64,000 bases of DNA from assembly GCA_050010755.1 (NCBI GenBank), contig JBEKKK010000001.1, positions 1,184,001 to 1,248,000 on the forward strand, in the 5' to 3' direction. Below are positions 9,941 to 19,351 of this stretch, one piece after another (positions within the stretch are counted from its first letter, which is position 1; every line of letters begins with the position of its first letter). Source of the stretch: Candidatus Bathyarchaeia archaeon (GTDB taxonomy: Archaea > Thermoproteota > Bathyarchaeia > Bathyarchaeales > Bathycorpusculaceae). The notes under the pieces are model-generated. The model made no database searches and was not told the DNA's origin. It saw nothing but the letters and a program-made list of their open reading frames with translations. The position numbers and the translations under genes were made by a program.

Positions 9941-11206
9941 TTGAGCATATCAAAAAAGACCTCGCTGGAATTGTTCAGACTCAAAAAGACACTGAACACG
10001 CTGGCCAGCAAGGAGGGGCGCGGAACCGAGCTAGTCTCCCTTTACGTTCCCCCCGGAAAACAGATAAGCGATGTTCTGAACACGCTCAGGGACGAGTACG
10101 GCACAGCCTCCAACATAAAATCCACCACAACCAGAAAGAACGTGATGGACGCCATCGTGAAAGTTCAGCAGCGCCTCAAGCTCTTCAAGGAACCGCCTGA
10201 GAACGGGCTCGTAATTTTCTGCGGAGCCATCCCCCAGAACGGAGCAGGAAGCGAAAGAATTGAAACCTACGTCATCACGCCGCCCGAGCCCATACACATC
10301 TACCTCTACAGGTGCGATGCCAGATTTCACACCGAGTACTTGCAGGAAATGCTGAGAGAAAAAGAAACCTACGGCATCCTTCTCATAGACTCATCAGGCG
10401 CAACGATCGCCACGCTTCAGGGCAGAAGACTCGAAATAGTGAGAGAACTGACCTCTGGGGTTCCAGGCAAAACCCGCGCCGGCGGCCAATCAGCAAGAAG
10501 GTACGAAAGACTCAGGGAGATGAGGCTCCAAGAATACTTTACCCGCGTAGGCCAACACGCTAACGAGATTTTTCTGCCAATCGAAAACCTGAAGGGCATA
10601 ATCCTCGCTGGCCCCGGACCCACAAAGTATGATTTTGAAAAGGGCGAGTACCTCAACTACATGCTGAAGAACAAGATCATAGACACCGTCGACACAGCGT
10701 ACGTGGAAGAACAGGGCGTTAAAGAAGTGGTCGAGAAAGCGCCAGAAGTAATGCGCAAAGTCCGCTACATAGAAGAGAGAAGGATAATGCAGCAGTTCCT
10801 CTACGAAGTCGGGCACGACACTGGAAAAATCACCTACGGCGAAGAAGACGTCAGAAGGGCCCTAGAATCCGGAGCCGTCAGAACGCTGTTACTGTCGGAA
10901 GGACTAGATATGACCAGAGTCACGGTGAAATGCAACGCCTGCGGCTACCAAGAACAATCCACGATAAAAAGCCAGACGGTGACCAACTTTGAGCAAAGCC
11001 TCTCTGGAAAACCATGCCCAAAATGCAACGCAGCAGCCCTAGGCATCACTGACACCGAAGATTTGATAGACGACTTCGCCAAACTTGCAGAATACACCAA
11101 CACCGAAGTCGAGATTATTTCAACCGAGACAGAAGAAGGACAGATGCTCAAAAACTCTTTCGGCGGAATAGCCGCCATACTACGCTTCCAACTCCACGAA
11201 CAATAA
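9941..11206 (+). CDS. prf1: Peptide chain release factor aRF1
   Basis: TASNIKS, YRCD, GGQS motifs; CxxC...CPKC insert in the C-domain. Confidence 0.96.
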   Translation: MSISKKTSLELFRLKKTLNTLASKEGRGTELVSLYVPPGKQISDVLNTLRDEYGTASNIKSTTTRKNVMDAIVKVQQRLKLFKEPPENGLVIFCGAIPQNGAGSERIETYVITPPEPIHIYLYRCDARFHTEYLQEMLREKETYGILLIDSSGATIATLQGRRLEIVRELTSGVPGKTRAGGQSARRYERLREMRLQEYFTRVGQHANEIFLPIENLKGIILAGPGPTKYDFEKGEYLNYMLKNKIIDTVDTAYVEEQGVKEVVEKAPEVMRKVRYIEERRIMQQFLYEVGHDTGKITYGEEDVRRALESGAVRTLLLSEGLDMTRVTVKCNACGYQEQSTIKSQTVTNFEQSLSGKPCPKCNAAALGITDTEDLIDDFAKLAEYTNTEVEIISTETEEGQMLKNSFGGIAAILRFQLHEQ

Positions 11207-11213
11207 AAAAAGA

Positions 11214-11489
11214 CTAGACGCCCCTCAACGCAGACTCAACCTCACTTTTCGAGGCGCCCCTCACGAGCAACCTCTTCTGCCTAGAAGAAAAACCAGAAAC
11301 AAGCTCCACCTTCCTGCCCAAAAGTCTCGAAAGCTCCTTCACCAGCTCCCTGTTGACCCTCCCACCAACAGGGTCTTCCCTGCAGTGAACCACAATCTCG
11401 TCAGCTTCAACCACTACCTTGAACTCTATCGACTTGGGCCTCACGTAAACATCCAAGATTAAATCATTCCCAGTTTCCTTGATATTCAT
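11214..11489 (-). CDS. DUF167/YggU family protein
   Basis: VYVRP...P..G.VN.EL...L....V.LVSG..SR.K. Confidence 0.8.
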   Translation of the reverse strand: MNIKETGNDLILDVYVRPKSIEFKVVVEADEIVVHCREDPVGGRVNRELVKELSRLLGRKVELVSGFSSRQKRLLVRGASKSEVESALRGV

Positions 11490-11573
11490 GGAAACCCCAA
11501 CCAACGCAAGTTCAGACGGGCGTGAGTATCAGCATTCTTCCTTGGATACATGCCGTGGCATTATGAGGCCTCG

Positions 11574-13289
11574 TTAGGATTTTAGCATCTTCTGGAATTC
11601 TTGAAGCTTTCTTGTGTTGACTACATGTTTTGCGGTTGCCCATCCTCTTCTGGCTTGGGCTATCCCGAGCTCTAAATAGTGCATGTGAACTGTGGCGTGG
11701 GCGTCCGAGCTTATGCCAAGCTTGGCTCCGATTTCCACGGATTTTCTTATATGCTCATCCTTTAAGTCAAGCCTGTCGGGGTATGAATCTACGTCTAGGA
11801 TCGTTCCATTGTCTTTTGCGGCGGAGATAATTCGTTCCATGTCCAGCTGGATTGGTTCTCTTTTTTGTATCTGTCTCGTGGTGGGGTGTAATAGAACGTC
11901 AACGTTCGGGTTTTCTATTGTTTTCAGAACTCTCTTTGTCATCTCCTGTTTGGGCATGTTGAAATGAGAGTGAACCGCCGCGCAGGCGACATCCAAGTCT
12001 TTCAAGACTCTGTCGGGTAAGTCTAAGCTCCCGTCCTTCAGAATGTTCAGTTCGACCCCTTTCAAAATCTGTATTCCTTCGAGTTGCTCGTTCAGCTCGT
12101 CAATTTCCTTTCCTTGTTTTGACAATCTCTCTTCGTCAAGTCCTCCAGTCATAGCCAAGTATTTGGAATGGTCAGTCATCACTAAGTATTCTAAGCCGAT
12201 TTTTCTGGCTTGCTCAGCCATCTCCTTAATGGAGTTTGCGCCGTCAGTCCAGTTTGAATGAACCTGCAAATCACCCTTCAGATCATCGTATCCTATGAGG
12301 TGGGGCAACTCATTTTTGATTGCAGCTTCTATCTCGCCGGTGTTTTCCCGCAGTTCTGGTGGCATCCATTCTAAACCCAATTTTTCATATACTTCTTCCT
12401 CGGTTGCTCCGGCCAATTGCTTTTTTTCACCGAAAATGCCATACTCGTTCAGTTTCCAACCTTTTTGTTGCGCCATTTTCCTGAGAACTATGTTGTGGTC
12501 CTTGTTTCCAGTGAAATATTGCAGAGCGGCCCCGAAACTCTCTTCGGGCAGTATTCGTATGTCAGCATTCATTCCTGACTTCAGCTTCACGGAGGACTTT
12601 GTCTTGCCTTTGTCTACAACGTTGATAACCTCGGGCATCGAAACAAAATAATCCATCACCTTCGTCCCACTGTCCGAAACCACTAGGAAGTCGGCGTCCC
12701 CTATCGTTTCCTTCATCCTTCTCACGGAACCCGCCGCCATTGCCTTCCTCACTTCCGGCAGAGATTTCAATCGGCGTTCAATTTCTCGAATCGAAGGAAG
12801 CTCAAGACCTAGGATGAATCTTCCCTGGCCCTTCTTGGCAAATTCTATACCCTTCAAAATGTTAAGCTCCGTCTTTTCTTTGAACTTCGGCAACTTCCTT
12901 ATTTTATGAGCGAGAGCGGCTATTTCGAGGTCTTCCATGTTTTTGATCTTGAGCTCCTTCCAAAGCATCTTGATCTTTTTCGGGCCTAATCCTTCTATCC
13001 CTGCTAGACTGTCTAGGTCCACTGGAACTTTGGCACTCAGGTCCTCATAGTATCTCAGTTTTCCAGTCTTAATCAATTCCTCAATTTTTTCAGCGATTCC
13101 TTTGCCGACGCTTGGAATCTCCTCCAAACCTTTGATTCCCCTTTCTCGATAGATCTCTTCAACATCTTTCTCCAAAGCGTCTATGGCTATGGCCGCTTTT
13201 TCATAAGCTCTTGGCTTAAACGGGACATCATCCATATCGAGCAGAATGGAGATGTTTCTCAAGATCTTGGCAATTTCGTAATTCCTCAT
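11574..13289 (-). CDS. polX: DNA polymerase X with PHP 3'-5' exonuclease domain
   Basis: HhH motifs, GSVRR, GDADFL (DxD intact), YFTG, LNEYG, DLQVHS, TDHS, SSDAH. Confidence 0.93.
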   Translation of the reverse strand: MRNYEIAKILRNISILLDMDDVPFKPRAYEKAAIAIDALEKDVEEIYRERGIKGLEEIPSVGKGIAEKIEELIKTGKLRYYEDLSAKVPVDLDSLAGIEGLGPKKIKMLWKELKIKNMEDLEIAALAHKIRKLPKFKEKTELNILKGIEFAKKGQGRFILGLELPSIREIERRLKSLPEVRKAMAAGSVRRMKETIGDADFLVVSDSGTKVMDYFVSMPEVINVVDKGKTKSSVKLKSGMNADIRILPEESFGAALQYFTGNKDHNIVLRKMAQQKGWKLNEYGIFGEKKQLAGATEEEVYEKLGLEWMPPELRENTGEIEAAIKNELPHLIGYDDLKGDLQVHSNWTDGANSIKEMAEQARKIGLEYLVMTDHSKYLAMTGGLDEERLSKQGKEIDELNEQLEGIQILKGVELNILKDGSLDLPDRVLKDLDVACAAVHSHFNMPKQEMTKRVLKTIENPNVDVLLHPTTRQIQKREPIQLDMERIISAAKDNGTILDVDSYPDRLDLKDEHIRKSVEIGAKLGISSDAHATVHMHYLELGIAQARRGWATAKHVVNTRKLQEFQKMLKS

Positions 13290-13577
13290 CTTGTTGGCCT
13301 ATCCTCTTTTCTAGATCTTATTTGAATAGCTTAACGGAACAAGCGCAAACTCTGTCTTTTTCAACCTGCAATCTTGAGATTGCTCTTTCAGGTCAGTAAA
13401 TCCATCACTATGTTTGAAAAGGGAACCTCCATGTTTTAAATTTTCTGTGAGATGCTGCGCCCGAAATTTCACGACAAAACAATACTAGAAGATGATCAGA
13501 TAAAGCACATTCCAATTCAAAATGCGAACGGAAAAGGCTAAGCGGCAAACAGGTTCTACATGTTCTTGGCGTTAGCT

Positions 13578-14682
13578 ATGAAACACCCTTCAATGTACCT
13601 GGACTGGTATGCTCACGTGCCCAAGGTAAAATACGATTTCAAGTCGAGCGGCGTGGCCTACTTCAACCACGACTTGAGACTGAACAGCTTAGATTTCAGC
13701 GTTAACTACGAGTACGGGAACCCAAAAACTGCATTGCAACTCGCCAATTGGTACGGCGTCAAACCCGAGAACGTTTTCATCTCAAGCGAAGGAGCCTCAG
13801 GCCAGAACGCCCGCATCATCAGATGTCTAGCCGAAAAAGTACCAAAGAAAAACGAGGCGGTTGTGGAGTATCCCACCTACGAGCCCCTACTCAGACAGGT
13901 TCAAGAGCATTTCAGTCGCATGAAGAGGCTGGTGAGAAGGGAAGAAAACGCCTACAAACTCGACGCTGATGAGCTTTTGAAGCTTGTTTCCGACAAGACA
14001 GGTTTGCTCGTACTGACCAATCCTCACGCTCCGAGCGGAGCGATATCGGACGCGAAAGAGTTGAAGGAAGTAATGACCATCGCCCGGGAGCGCGGCTTCT
14101 ATGTATTGTGCGACGAGATATATGCGGAATTCGACCGAGAAAAGGTGCCGACCATCTTCTCTGTGGATCGAGTTGGGCATCGTCACGACGAGCTTCACGA
14201 AAGCCTACGGTCTCGGGGGACTGAAATTGGGAGTCGCACTGACCGACAAGAAGATTGTCGACGAATTGTACACGGACGTACTCAACACCGTGGGCAACAG
14301 CCCCAACATAGTACAAATTATCGGGGCAGAACTGCTGTCTAAGAACAAGGAGAAGCTCGAAGAGCACAAGCAAAAATGGACAACCCTTAAGAAACAAACG
14401 GAAACATGGCTGACTGAAAACGACCTAGATTTCTTCCCCAGCAAGGCCGGCGTCACCTACTGGATGAAAACACCAGTGAAAGACACTCACAAATGGACAA
14501 ACGAACACACAATCCCGCGCCACAGTTTGGCCGCAGTGCCTGGAACGTTCTTTCTGTTCAAAAACGACTACACCATAACAAGAACCAACAGGATAAGACT
14601 CGGCCTCGGCCACGTGAACCCTGATGAACAAACCTTAGCAGAAGCTCTGGGCACCTTGAAAATAGCGATGAAAGCAAATTAA
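13578..14682 (+). pseudogene. Class I/II PLP aminotransferase split by a frameshift at ~14170
   Basis: 5' frame has PTYEP, TNPHAPSG, DEIY; the +1 frame carries SFTKAYGLGGLKLG (PLP Lys) and the C-terminal RIRLG. Confidence 0.8.
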
Positions 14683-14904
14683 CCACGGCTACCGTCAGGC
14701 AGGTTTGACCCGCATGGGTGATATCGAAACCGTGAATCTTCTCTCAGTTGGCGAATTGCAAGTTCAACCTACGATTCTTGATGTACTTTCCACGTACTTT
14801 TTCATGTTATTTACAGCTTGAAGAGATGCAATTAGACTTTTTTAACAGGTTCGCAATGGAAAATGTTTTATGCTCATCCATGCAAATGATGAACCGGGAT
14901 CATT

Positions 14905-15069
14905 ATGGCTAAATGTCCTTCATGTGGAAAAGAAGTCGCCACACCTAAGAAGACTTGGAAGATGGCAGGCAAACCAGACAAGAGCGGCAAGAGAACAGAA
15001 CTGACAATCGGCCTCTTTGAGCACTGCGGAAAAACATTCAGATCCACCCTAGGCAAAAGAAAAATCTAG
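14905..15069 (+). CDS. Cren7-like small basic chromatin protein with probable Zn ribbon (54 aa)
   Basis: MAKCPSCGKEVATPKKTWKMAGKPDKSGKRTELTIGLFEHCGKTFRSTLGKRKI. P.K.W, IGLF and GK.FR match the Cren7 pattern; below the ORF-track size cutoff. Confidence 0.78.
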   Translation: MAKCPSCGKEVATPKKTWKMAGKPDKSGKRTELTIGLFEHCGKTFRSTLGKRKI

Positions 15070-15088
15070 ACTAACAAAAAATCGCTCT

Positions 15089-15110
15089 ACCCCCACTCTT
15101 TTTTTGTTTC
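15089..15110 (+). terminator. Oligo-T terminator of the Cren7-like gene
   Basis: ccccactctttttttgtttc about 20 nt after the stop. Confidence 0.5.
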
Positions 15111-15279
15111 AACTGTAGATGAGTGTATTCCAGAATCGACTATCCAGAACGCGCAACGCAGTCTTTCACCATTTCAGAGCACGCGATTGCTCCGTTCCAA
15201 CCGCATACAAAGAGAACGCGCCTGATACAAGTGCAAGAATTATAAGACTGCCGCTCGACTGTTTTGCATTGATGATGCG

Positions 15280-15948
15280 TTGTTGATAGTCGGCTTGGAT
15301 TTGGCAGGCGTCGAGACCAGGCCCTCGGGTCTCTGCATATTGAGGAACATGAGAGCTGAGACTTCCCTCGTCTACTCGGATTACGAGGTGCTGAAGAAGA
15401 TAGAAGAAAGTGAGCCCGAGATAGTTGCCATCGATGCGCCCCTGAGTCTACCAGCTGGGCGAGAGTCAATAGAACAGAGAACCAACGTTCATCTGAGAGA
15501 GTGCGACAAGGAACTCTTGCGGAGAGGGATAAAATTCTTTCCAGTCACCCTCGGTCCGATGAGAAAACTGACGATCAGGGGCATAGATCTGAGAAGAACC
15601 CTCGAGAACAAACGTTTCAGAGTAATAGAGGTCTATCCTGGCGGGGCCCAAGACATCCTTGGAATTCCAAGAAAGCAGAAAGGACTGGACAAGCTGATGT
15701 CGGGCTTGAAGATGGCCGGAGTGAGAGGACTGAACGACCGAATGAGCGATCACGAATTAGATGCTGCAACCTGCGCCCTAGTCGGAAAACTCTATCTAGA
15801 AGGAAAAAGTGTCACGTATGGAACTTCCGATCAGGCGATAATTATGCCACAGGGCGAAAAACCAACTGGCAACACGGCAACAATTTTTTTCTACTCGTGG
15901 ATATGCGAATCAAGGCTCTTGACTCTTTTTCCTTTTTTTCTTTGGTAA
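15280..15948 (+). CDS. DUF429 family predicted nuclease (RNase H fold)
   Basis: VGLDLAG, AIDAPLSLP, LRECD, IEVYP, HELDA. Confidence 0.85.
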   Translation: MLIVGLDLAGVETRPSGLCILRNMRAETSLVYSDYEVLKKIEESEPEIVAIDAPLSLPAGRESIEQRTNVHLRECDKELLRRGIKFFPVTLGPMRKLTIRGIDLRRTLENKRFRVIEVYPGGAQDILGIPRKQKGLDKLMSGLKMAGVRGLNDRMSDHELDAATCALVGKLYLEGKSVTYGTSDQAIIMPQGEKPTGNTATIFFYSWICESRLLTLFPFFLW

Positions 15949-16283
15949 CGTTTTCGTATTTTTTCTGCAACCGTGCCGTCTTCTATTATTAGGGCACCTT
16001 CATATCCGCAGTCAAGGCACTTCCACATGGAAGGATGGAAAAAGGCGAGAAAATTGAGGTTTGTTGAACCGCATTTTGGACAAAACTTCAATCTTCCCAA
16101 AAGTTGCTCTTGTTCTTTGGACCTGGCTAATGACTTCTTGAGGGCCCACTTCTCTTTCAATATATCGCCAAACGCCGTGAAATTGAATCCTTTCGCTTCC
16201 TCTCCGCACAATGGACAATGCTGTCCAGGCTCTAGTCTCTTGTCAAATGTGCATTTAGGATTCGAACAAGTCCATGAAGGCAT
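15891..16283 (-). CDS. Double zinc-ribbon protein
   Basis: CSNPKC...CPLCG and CPKCGS...CLDCGY; likely start ATG 16283. Confidence 0.7.
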   Translation of the reverse strand: MPSWTCSNPKCTFDKRLEPGQHCPLCGEEAKGFNFTAFGDILKEKWALKKSLARSKEQEQLLGRLKFCPKCGSTNLNFLAFFHPSMWKCLDCGYEGALIIEDGTVAEKIRKRYQRKKGKRVKSLDSHIHE

Positions 16284-16441
16284 TAGTATGCCCCATTGAA
16301 AAGAGCAAACACGAGAGATAAGCCTTTTTGCAAAATAAAATTGCTTAACGCGTGTTTTCGTTTGGTAAGTCGTTTGAAAATTTGGGATAATTCTTAAATA
16401 CATTTTCATATTTGTGGGAAATGTAGGAAAAGTGTGTAGAC

Positions 16442-16669
16442 ATGGTTGATAGAAAACGAGAGACACGCCTTTATGGAACCGTAAAAGTGGGCGATAGAGG
16501 GCAAGTAGTTATCCCTGCTGAAGCCCGCAAGGAACTAGACATCAAACCCGGAGACCTTTTGTTTGTCATGGTTGGCAGGAACCGCCGCGGCATCGCTATG
16601 GTCAAGGCCGACGCCATGAGAGAATTCGCGGAAAAAATCATGCGGGAACTCGAAGCCGCAGATGAATAA
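16442..16669 (+). CDS. AbrB/MazE/SpoVT family DNA-binding protein
   Basis: YGTVKVGDRGQVVIPAEARKELDIKPGD. Confidence 0.9.
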   Translation: MVDRKRETRLYGTVKVGDRGQVVIPAEARKELDIKPGDLLFVMVGRNRRGIAMVKADAMREFAEKIMRELEAADE

Positions 16670-16702
16670 TACCGCGAAGCATAACGCCCGTGGGGAAGTT
16701 AG

Positions 16703-17176
16703 ATGTTTAGAGGCAGGGAAGAAATGCGCCAACGGCTGCAAGAGATAATCGAGAGGTTCCGCCAAAAAGGAGCCACAAGCCCGGAGAAAGCTATGACAAT
16801 CCAAGAGCTGGGTCTCCCGCCGCGTTTCGAAGAAGCCATGCACCGAAGACTCGGCCAAACGGGCATCTTTGTTGAAACAAACGGCAAGTACTATCTGAAT
16901 GAAGAACGGCTCAAACAGATCCAAGAACAACGCGCCAAGATGGGATCTGGCGGCTGGAACAGAGGGAGCCCTCCCACGTGGTCCCGCATCATCGCAGTCT
17001 TCCTCATGCTCCCGATTGGCATCATGATCGCGCTTTTGCTGTTTTATTTTGTCGTTTTAAGAGGGGGATTTTTTCTTGGGGAATTCCTAATCATTTTGTT
17101 AATCATATTCCTAGCATTAACTGTCGCCCGGCTGCTGTTCTGGAGATCGAGAAGGAGATATTGGCGTGAACAATAG
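16703..17176 (+). CDS. Membrane protein with N-terminal wHTH-like domain and 2 TM helices
   Basis: GATSPEKAMTIQELG...GKYYL followed by two hydrophobic helices; likely cotranscribed with AbrB. Confidence 0.65.
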   Translation: MFRGREEMRQRLQEIIERFRQKGATSPEKAMTIQELGLPPRFEEAMHRRLGQTGIFVETNGKYYLNEERLKQIQEQRAKMGSGGWNRGSPPTWSRIIAVFLMLPIGIMIALLLFYFVVLRGGFFLGEFLIILLIIFLALTVARLLFWRSRRRYWREQ

Positions 17177-17417
17177 AAGGAAGGACCGAGCATCTCGCAT
17201 GATCTCTTAGCTGGTTGGTTAACTGCAGGCGCTGTTTTGATGGCTCATGAGCAAACTTGAGAGCGTCAATTCGGCCGAATAGGGCACCGCTGAGAATCCA
17301 CGCTTAAAGACAAAGGCATATAGATGGCACTTGAACTTACAGCGCAAATAATACGAACAGCAGGTTAATATGAACGCGCAGACCAGACGTTCTTAAGTTA
17401 AGTTAGGGGTAGTTGCT

Positions 17418-17657
17418 ATGAACGAGCTGGACGATGTGCTATCGGTCAAGAAGTTCGTTGAAGATTACCTTGCGAAGTTCTATGAAGAAAAACCTTTGCT
17501 GATTAACTGGGTGAAGATTGTTAAATTGCGCAATATCACGTGGGACTTGTCTATCAGAGTTAAGTTTAAGGACCGCGAATACGGACTGGCCATTTACGTT
17601 GACGCCTTTAGAAAAATGTGCATAGGACATGCAATTACTGGCATAGCAATGCGTTGA
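17418..17657 (+). CDS. Small hypothetical protein
   Basis: 79-aa ORF preceded by TATA-like CTTAAG and a purine-rich leader. Confidence 0.45.
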   Translation: MNELDDVLSVKKFVEDYLAKFYEEKPLLINWVKIVKLRNITWDLSIRVKFKDREYGLAIYVDAFRKMCIGHAITGIAMR

Positions 17658-17752
17658 TTAGCGCGTGTTTGGCAAACTTGGGGAATTCGAACTCTCGCCA
17701 AGACGCATCCTAGGCAAACTTGGTTTAACAAGGAAGGAGAGTTGCTTCTAGG

Positions 17753-18532
17753 TCACCGCTTGCTCCTGTTTCTCGTTGTGTTCTTGATCGTTTCGAAGAT
17801 AATGGAATGCGGTTTGAGGAGTACTTGTTTTAGGGGTGGGTATTCTGCCAGTCCTTTTTTGGTCGGGGTCGGTTCGAGGAGTCTTCTTATCAGGAGCCCG
17901 TGTCTGTTCAGCGCATCGGAGTAATCTGTGAGAGTTCTGTGGAAGCTTGTGGTTTCGAAAGGACTTAGCAGGCGCTTCATGTCCCATGATACGCATTCAC
18001 TTCTGGTTTCGAAGTATCTCGGAGTTATTTCTGCTTCTGTTTTTCCGTTTTTCGTGTTGTACTCAAAGCAGGGGTGCGTGATTGAGAAAACAAAGCGGCC
18101 TTCGTCTTTGATTACCCGAGAAATTTCACCTATTGCCTTATCGTAATGTTCGATGTCCATCATAGCCATAAAACACGTGGCCAAATCAAAACGGTTAGCA
18201 GGGAACATTGTGAGGACGGCAGAATCTGTGACATAATAGTTTATGCCGAGTTTATCTTTTCGTTCCTGCGATTGTGCATAATCAATCAGTTTCTTTGACA
18301 GGTCTATGCCGATCACTTTTGCGCCTTTCCGCGCTAGCATTCTGGTGCTGTATCCTTCTCCGCAGGCAACGTCTAGGACAAGTTGACCCCTCACGTTTCC
18401 GATAATTTTGAACATTCCTGGATTGTTAAGTTCGTCTCTGAAGTAATCCTTGCCCTGCCTCACGAAGTCGACCCAAGACTCCGCGGCATCATCCCATTCT
18501 TTGGCTACACCATTCCCATTTGTCACGTGCAA
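17753..18532 (-). CDS. Class I SAM-dependent methyltransferase
   Basis: VLDVACGEG, GIDLS, FDL, G.FVFSITHPCF, FHRTLTDY. Confidence 0.9.
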   Translation of the reverse strand: MHVTNGNGVAKEWDDAAESWVDFVRQGKDYFRDELNNPGMFKIIGNVRGQLVLDVACGEGYSTRMLARKGAKVIGIDLSKKLIDYAQSQERKDKLGINYYVTDSAVLTMFPANRFDLATCFMAMMDIEHYDKAIGEISRVIKDEGRFVFSITHPCFEYNTKNGKTEAEITPRYFETRSECVSWDMKRLLSPFETTSFHRTLTDYSDALNRHGLLIRRLLEPTPTKKGLAEYPPLKQVLLKPHSIIFETIKNTTRNRSKR

Positions 18533-18778
18533 TACCTCAGTTGGTCAAATCATTACAGTGATTTTCTGTCCTTCATATATCTAATCCCAAGAGACAGTTA
18601 TTCAATGCCAATTTTATCGCCAAGTGTACTCCAGGTCTAAAATCTGTGCTCAGCTTTTTGTTTCACTTGGCACGCACATTCTCTGCCGTCTAGATTTTTC
18701 CATAAAAAGGTGCAAACCCAAAACTCTGAGACAAAAAGTTTAAGCTACAGACTTCAAATAAGATATGCCGTGTTGCAT

Positions 18779-19336
18779 ATGAAACCCGTTGAGTCTAGTC
18801 TGATCGCTGAGCTCATGAAGAACTGTCGCAGGAGTGACAGAGAACTGGCAAAGGCATTAGGAGTTTCGCAGCCCACGGTCAGCAGGTTAATAAACAGACT
18901 TCAGAAAGATGGCATAATCAAAGAATACACCATGGTACCTGACTTCTGCAAACTAGGTTTCAATCTGATGGCAATCATCATGTTTAAACTTAAAGCTAAT
19001 TCTCCCGAGGAACTTCAGGAGCAAATCAAAGCAGCGCGTGAACTGGACATCAAAGAACGTCGCCCCTTCCTCACAGTTATGAATGGGATTGGTCTGGGGA
19101 AGGATCTTGTGGTTATCTCTTTCCACAGGGACTACGGAGACTATGCCGCTTACATGAAGGACATAAAGGAAGCTGCCAGTTCCGAGATGAAGGCCTACAT
19201 GGACTCTCAGGGTATCGAAAGTTTTCTTGTGGACTTGAATTACAAGAATCACTATCAACCTTTAACACTCTCAAGGATAGCCGCCCATCTTCAAACAAAG
19301 GAAAACAAAGAAAGAATAAGTGCCACCAACTCGTAA
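18779..19336 (+). CDS. Lrp/AsnC family transcriptional regulator
   Basis: NCRRSDRELAKALGVSQPTVSR...GIIKEYT..PD..KLG. Confidence 0.88.
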   Translation: MKPVESSLIAELMKNCRRSDRELAKALGVSQPTVSRLINRLQKDGIIKEYTMVPDFCKLGFNLMAIIMFKLKANSPEELQEQIKAARELDIKERRPFLTVMNGIGLGKDLVVISFHRDYGDYAAYMKDIKEAASSEMKAYMDSQGIESFLVDLNYKNHYQPLTLSRIAAHLQTKENKERISATNS

Positions 19337-19351
19337 TTTCGCGCGCTTGTG

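Noticed and set aside
11574-13289. Inactive PolX or PHP domain (QxH instead of HxH)
   Set aside because: Polymerase DxD...D is intact and QxH occurs in characterised active PolX PHP domains.
17662-17723. tRNA fragment/att site (gagagttcgaattcccc on -) with a ggcaaacttgg direct repeat
   Set aside because: T-stem pairs poorly and there is no acceptor or anticodon arm; too weak to call.
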